DNA of 64,000 bases from Nitrospirota bacterium. Lineage in GTDB: Bacteria > Nitrospirota > UBA9217. The stretch covers positions 224,001-288,000 of the forward strand of contig CAWFSF010000006.1 of the NCBI GenBank assembly GCA_963818475.1, written 5' to 3'. A program made the position numbers and the translations under genes. The notes below the pieces were generated by a model that was not told where the DNA came from, searched no databases, and saw nothing but the letters and a program-made list of their open reading frames with translations. Numbering within the stretch: position 1 is the stretch's first letter; each line of letters starts with the position of its first letter. This document shows positions 59,514 through 64,000 of the stretch, piece by piece.

Positions 59514-61734
59514 ATGTTGATACAAGAAGACTATTTCAAAAACATTTTTAACACAGTTCGCGAAGCTATTCTCATACTCGATGAAAACATGCGGGTTCTG
59601 TCGGCCAATCGCAGTTTCTTCATTACTTTCAAAGTTGATGCCGCAAATACCATCGGCTCTCTTTTATACGATCTGGGAAACGGACAATGGAACATCCCGC
59701 ACCTTCGCGTGCTGCTCGAGGATATTCTTCCGAAGAACGACACCGTCGATGACTACGAAATTGAACATGATTTTGAGAGCATCGGACGGAAAACCATGCT
59801 CCTGAACGCCTGCAAGATCAGGGAAAAGAAAAACGACCGGCCGATCATCCTTCTCGCCATCGAGGACATTACCGAGCGCAAGCGACTGGAGGACCTGTTG
59901 ACAGAGTCTGAAGAGCGCTACCGGCGTATTTTTGAGACCGCAAGCGACGGGATCGTGCTTCTCGAAAAACGCGAAGGACATATCGTCCACGCCAATCCGG
60001 CCGCCGAGAAAATGCTGGGTTATTCCGAAGAGGAGTACATCGGGAAAAACCTTCAGGATATCGGGGTGTCGATCGATACGAGCGATTTCCCGGCGATCAT
60101 GCAGGTATTGAACAAGAGCGGCATTATTAATTACGATGATGTGCCGGTAAAAACCAGGTCCGGGCAGAATATCTACACGGACATATATATGGTCGACAGG
60201 GCAAGGCTGGCACAATGCAATATTCGCGATGTCACTGAACGGAAGCTGGCCGAGGAGAACCATCGGGAAGACGAAAAGAAATACAAAGAGCTCTTTGACT
60301 CCACTCTCGACGGGATCTACCAGGTGGATGCCGACGGTGTTTTTCGTTATGATGAACCCCGCCGGGGCAAGGATCTTCGGCTATGAAAGCCCTGAGGAGA
60401 TAATCGGCAGGAATGCCCTGGAATACTGGAGAGACCCCAGGGACAGGGACGCCTTCCGGGCGGAACTGAAGATCAGGAAATCCGTGAGCGGATACCACAT
60501 GAGGGCCAGGAACAAGAACGGCAAGTCCATCGAACTTGAATCGACAAGCATGATCAGAGAGGATGAAAACGGCAATTTCCTCGGCATTGACGGTATCTTG
60601 AGGGACGTGACCGAGCGGGTCCGGGCGGACGAACGGATAGATCGCCATATCCAGAAACTTTCCGCCCTCCGCTCCATAGACCTGGCAATAAGCTCAAGCC
60701 TCGACATTCGCGTGACCCTCAAAGTGTTCCTGGAGCAGGTGGTGAGCCAGTTGAACGTGGACGCCTGCGATGTCCTCCTGTTCAATCCGCACGCCAAAAC
60801 ACTGGACTATGCGGCCAGCCAGGGCTTTCGAACGAACGCCCTGAGGCACACGCATCTGCGCCTTGGCAAGGGATATGCCGGCGTTGCCGCCCTTGAGAAC
60901 CGCATCGTGAGCATACCCGACGTCACGAAGGACAACAGTGAGTTCAGGCGGCTGGGGGTCCTGGTAGACGAGGACATCGTGGCATATTACGGAGTGCCGC
61001 TCGTGGCGAAAGGACAGGTAAAAGGCGTTCTGGAGATCTTTCACAGAAGCCCGCTCGAGCCTGACGAGGATTGGCTCGAGTTTCTCGAGGCACTTGCCCT
61101 TCAGGCGGCCATTGCGATAGACAGCAACTCGCTGTTCCAGGAACTCGAACGCTCCAATATGAAGCTTGCCCTGGCCTATGACAGCACGATCGAAGGCTGG
61201 TCCCGCGCCCTGGATTACCGGGACAAGGAGACGGAAGGACACTCCCAGCGTGTTACGGAAATCACCATAAAGATCGCCCACGAGATGGGGATGAGCGAAG
61301 AGGACCTGGTGCATGTCCGATGGGGCGCTCTTCTTCATGACATAGGAAAAATGGGGATCCCGGACAGCATCCTTTTAAAACCCGGGCCGCTTACGGAAGA
61401 GGAGTGGAGGATCATGCGTCTTCACCCGGTGTATGCGCACGAGCTTCTCCACCCGATAGATTATTTGAGGTCCGCTATCGATGTTCCCTATTGTCATCAC
61501 GAAAAATGGGATGGAACGGGCTATCCCCGGGGACTCAAGGGAGAGCAGATACCCCTCGCCGGGAGGATCTTCGCCGTGGTGGACGTATGGGACGCCTTGC
61601 GCTCCGACCGCCCGTACCGCCCTGCCTGGCCCAAGGAGAAAACAACGGAACATATCCATCAGCTGGCCGGAACTCATTTCGATCCAAAAGTGATCGATGT
61701 GTTTTTTAGTCTTATGGCATCGGGAGTTCTGTGA
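59514..61734 (+). CDS. PAS-PAS-PAS-GAF-HD-GYP c-di-GMP phosphodiesterase (frameshift near 60340)
   Basis: PAS repeats; LLHDIGK, HHEKWDGTGYPRGL, RPYR, HFDP. Confidence 0.9.
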
Positions 61735-62123
61735 CCGGGGGCCTTGCAGAACGTCGTACCGGGATGGGGCAGGAGTGTGAAGTTTGAAATGTGAAGTGTG
61801 AAATATCAGAATCGGCAAGGAAGGTTGAAGTGTGAAATTGTTAGATAAAGCCACTTGATTTCAAACTCCACCTTTGTAAGTTCTGGCAGCAGAGAGGAAT
61901 ATGAGCGCTGACATGATCCAAATTGATATGCTCGAGGTACAGCAGTAGACCCTTGCTCGTACGGCTGTCTCGCCGACAATTCTATTGAACAAGGTGCACA
62001 GCGTGCCGGATGGAGAGCTAATAACAAAACACAGGAGATATGTTCATTGTCGTAGCCGTCAGAGCGGCGCTTTGTTTGAAGAGCTCCGGGAGGGATAGGC
62101 GGATTAAGTCACGGGAGGTCATT

Positions 62124-63128
62124 ATGAAGGTGATGGTGAAGTGCACGTCCGGTGAAACGAGGCATGGCCAACTGCTGGCTTTCAATATCAATAATCCGGT
62201 TTTGTACCTGCAGATTCCGAATGCGGAGGGGAAGATTGTTTCTACATCAGTGTCCATGAGCCAGGTGCAGCAGATTATCTATCTCAAAAAGTTGACTGAG
62301 AACGATTCGCCTGTTCGCCAGGAAAAAATTGACAATACGATACTGGCAAGCGCAACTTCCTTCCGGCTGAATGTTGAGTTCAAGGACGGCTCTCTGCTTA
62401 CAGGCACCACCCATAGGTACAATCCAGATGACAAGGGTTTCTACCTCATTCCCCTCAATCCGGCTGATAAAAGCGATCGGATTTTCGTCCCTGCTCATGC
62501 TGTCAAGCGCATCGAAGTTGTAAAGCTTTTCGGGAAATTACTCGTGGATCTCGGTAAAATCAGTCAAAAGCAGCTCGAAATCGGCGTGCTGCGGCAGTGG
62601 GACTCCAAGGAAAAAAAACTCGGCGCCATATTGCGTGATGAAAATATGATCAGCGAGGAACAACTGATGGCGTCGCTGAAGAAACAGGAAAAGAGCCATG
62701 CATTTATCGGCGAAATTCTTCTGAATGCCAATTACATTACCAAGGAGCAGCTGGACTACGCCCTTCGCTTACAGCGCGAATACCGGAAAAAAAGACTGGG
62801 ACAGATCCTCGTTGAACTCAAATTTCTTGCTCCGAACGATATTTGCATTGCCTTGGCCACGCAGTTTAATTGCGCGTGGATTGATTTGGCCGATGAGGTA
62901 ATCCCGCAAGAAGTAGCCCAAAGCCTTCCAGAAGAGGTCGTGAAGCGTTTTGAAGTAATACCCGTAGAGAAACGAGAGGATTCCGTGCTTATCGTAGCGA
63001 CGTCAGAGCCCAACAATCCCGAGATTATCAGAGAAATAACAGGAGCAGCGTCCTGCAAGGTGGAGTTTGCCGTGGCCTACGAAGTCTACATCCTCAGGAA
63101 TATAGCCCGGTACTTCCCTGATCGATAA
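62124..63128 (+). CDS. Protein with an N-terminal beta domain and four MshEN-like repeats plus GspE-N domain
   Basis: LFGKLL, KLGAIL, FIGEIL, RLGQIL repeats; RBS GGAGG. Confidence 0.75.
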   Translation: MKVMVKCTSGETRHGQLLAFNINNPVLYLQIPNAEGKIVSTSVSMSQVQQIIYLKKLTENDSPVRQEKIDNTILASATSFRLNVEFKDGSLLTGTTHRYNPDDKGFYLIPLNPADKSDRIFVPAHAVKRIEVVKLFGKLLVDLGKISQKQLEIGVLRQWDSKEKKLGAILRDENMISEEQLMASLKKQEKSHAFIGEILLNANYITKEQLDYALRLQREYRKKRLGQILVELKFLAPNDICIALATQFNCAWIDLADEVIPQEVAQSLPEEVVKRFEVIPVEKREDSVLIVATSEPNNPEIIREITGAASCKVEFAVAYEVYILRNIARYFPDR

Positions 63129-63280
63129 GGAATCTTCAGCGGGCAAATCACGAAAAGACCCGGCGCGGTCGTGAAGAAGCCGAATAGGGAAACAGGGTAT
63201 GCGGGGCTCAGACAGGATTAAAAAACCTGTGCTGGAGGATGGTCGGTTCATGTAAACGATTGACGTGGAGGTAACCTGTC

Positions 63281-63995
63281 ATGCGGAACAAAAGGGAGCA
63301 CACGAGATTAGATTTAGCAGAGATGCAGGGCAAGATGACCCTGGCCAGCAAAGTAGAAATAGTTGACATTAGTCTTGGCGGAGTTGCCGTGAAAGCAGAC
63401 AAAATTGGATGTCGGCAGAAACTATACGATCCAACTCGGAGACAAGGGGCGGAGTTTTGATGTGAGGTGCCAGGTCGTTCGTTCCACATTAGTCGGAATG
63501 GAAACCGGAACTGATGGAGAAAGTGTTTTAATATACGCGGCAGGGATGAAATTTAAAGAGGGGTCGGAAGATAAAATTACCGCTTTTCTTAATACCGTTG
63601 AGCTTCGTACAAAAACGGTAGCGGCGCCGATAACCGAGCGGAGGAGTGCGGTCAGGTTTCAGATAACCGCGCCCGAGGGAAAAGTTCTATTCTATCCCGC
63701 TAATTTTAATGTAAAAGACATCACCTTGAGCAGCATGCTTATCTATTCTGAGCAGTCCCTGCAAATAGAAAGCATGATCCCCATGGAGTTGTATCTGGAC
63801 GACAGTAGCCAGCTCAATTTCATTGGAAAGGTTTTTTCAAGCCGAAAAATGGAGGATGCGGAGCCCGTTCGCTATGAGATTGCGGTGACGTACTCTGATC
63901 TGCCGGAGAAGGATCGAGCATTGCTTAAGAAGTTCATAGACTATCTGGTAAGCGATTCTGATACCGATAAGCCGGAAGGGCAATGTGCACAGTGA
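63281..63995 (+). CDS. Tandem PilZ-domain protein (frameshift near 63405)
   Basis: KREHTR..DISLGG and ERRSAVRF..DITLSSM; RBS GGAGG. Confidence 0.8.
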
Positions 63996-64000
63996 AAATC

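Noticed and set aside
63139-63190. c-di-GMP-I riboswitch before the PilZ gene (GGGCAAA..GAAA)
   Set aside because: Lacks the GACGCAAAG junction and a convincing P2 stem.

Overview
64 kb bacterial chromosome window, roughly 55-60% GC in core genes. Gene content suggests an anaerobic Nitrospirota- or Desulfobacterota-like organism (inference only). 1-9.5 kb is core genome: acyP, tsaB, rimI, an MshEN protein, a probable DUF1573 selenoprotein, a class V aminotransferase, serA, purA, tRNA-Lys and tRNA-Glu. tRNA-Glu is an integration hotspot: its 3' half recurs at 13.6 and 17.2 kb, delimiting tandem islands with no intact integrase. Island 1 is AT-rich and carries a DUF4062-like domain fused to an apparently catalytically dead DnaB helicase, plus a HEPN protein (candidate defence pair). 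Island 2 carries HigBA and a primase-helicase. 19-36 kb holds a TonB receptor, an unannotated 33-aa CC precursor peptide, a radical SAM-SPASM maturase, an SBP and a two-component system. It continues with a chemoreceptor module and a PAPS-sulfotransferase module that shares a palindromic operator with the peptide locus. 36-56 kb is a patchwork of same-strand cargo genes separated by REP-like (AAGAYYTGACCC) sites. One 1913-nt group II intron occurs in four near-identical copies plus a 3' remnant; three copies sit in these REP-like sites. 56-64 kb is a haem/c-di-GMP signalling cluster. Many frameshifts, including in serA, suggest uncorrected long-read indels.
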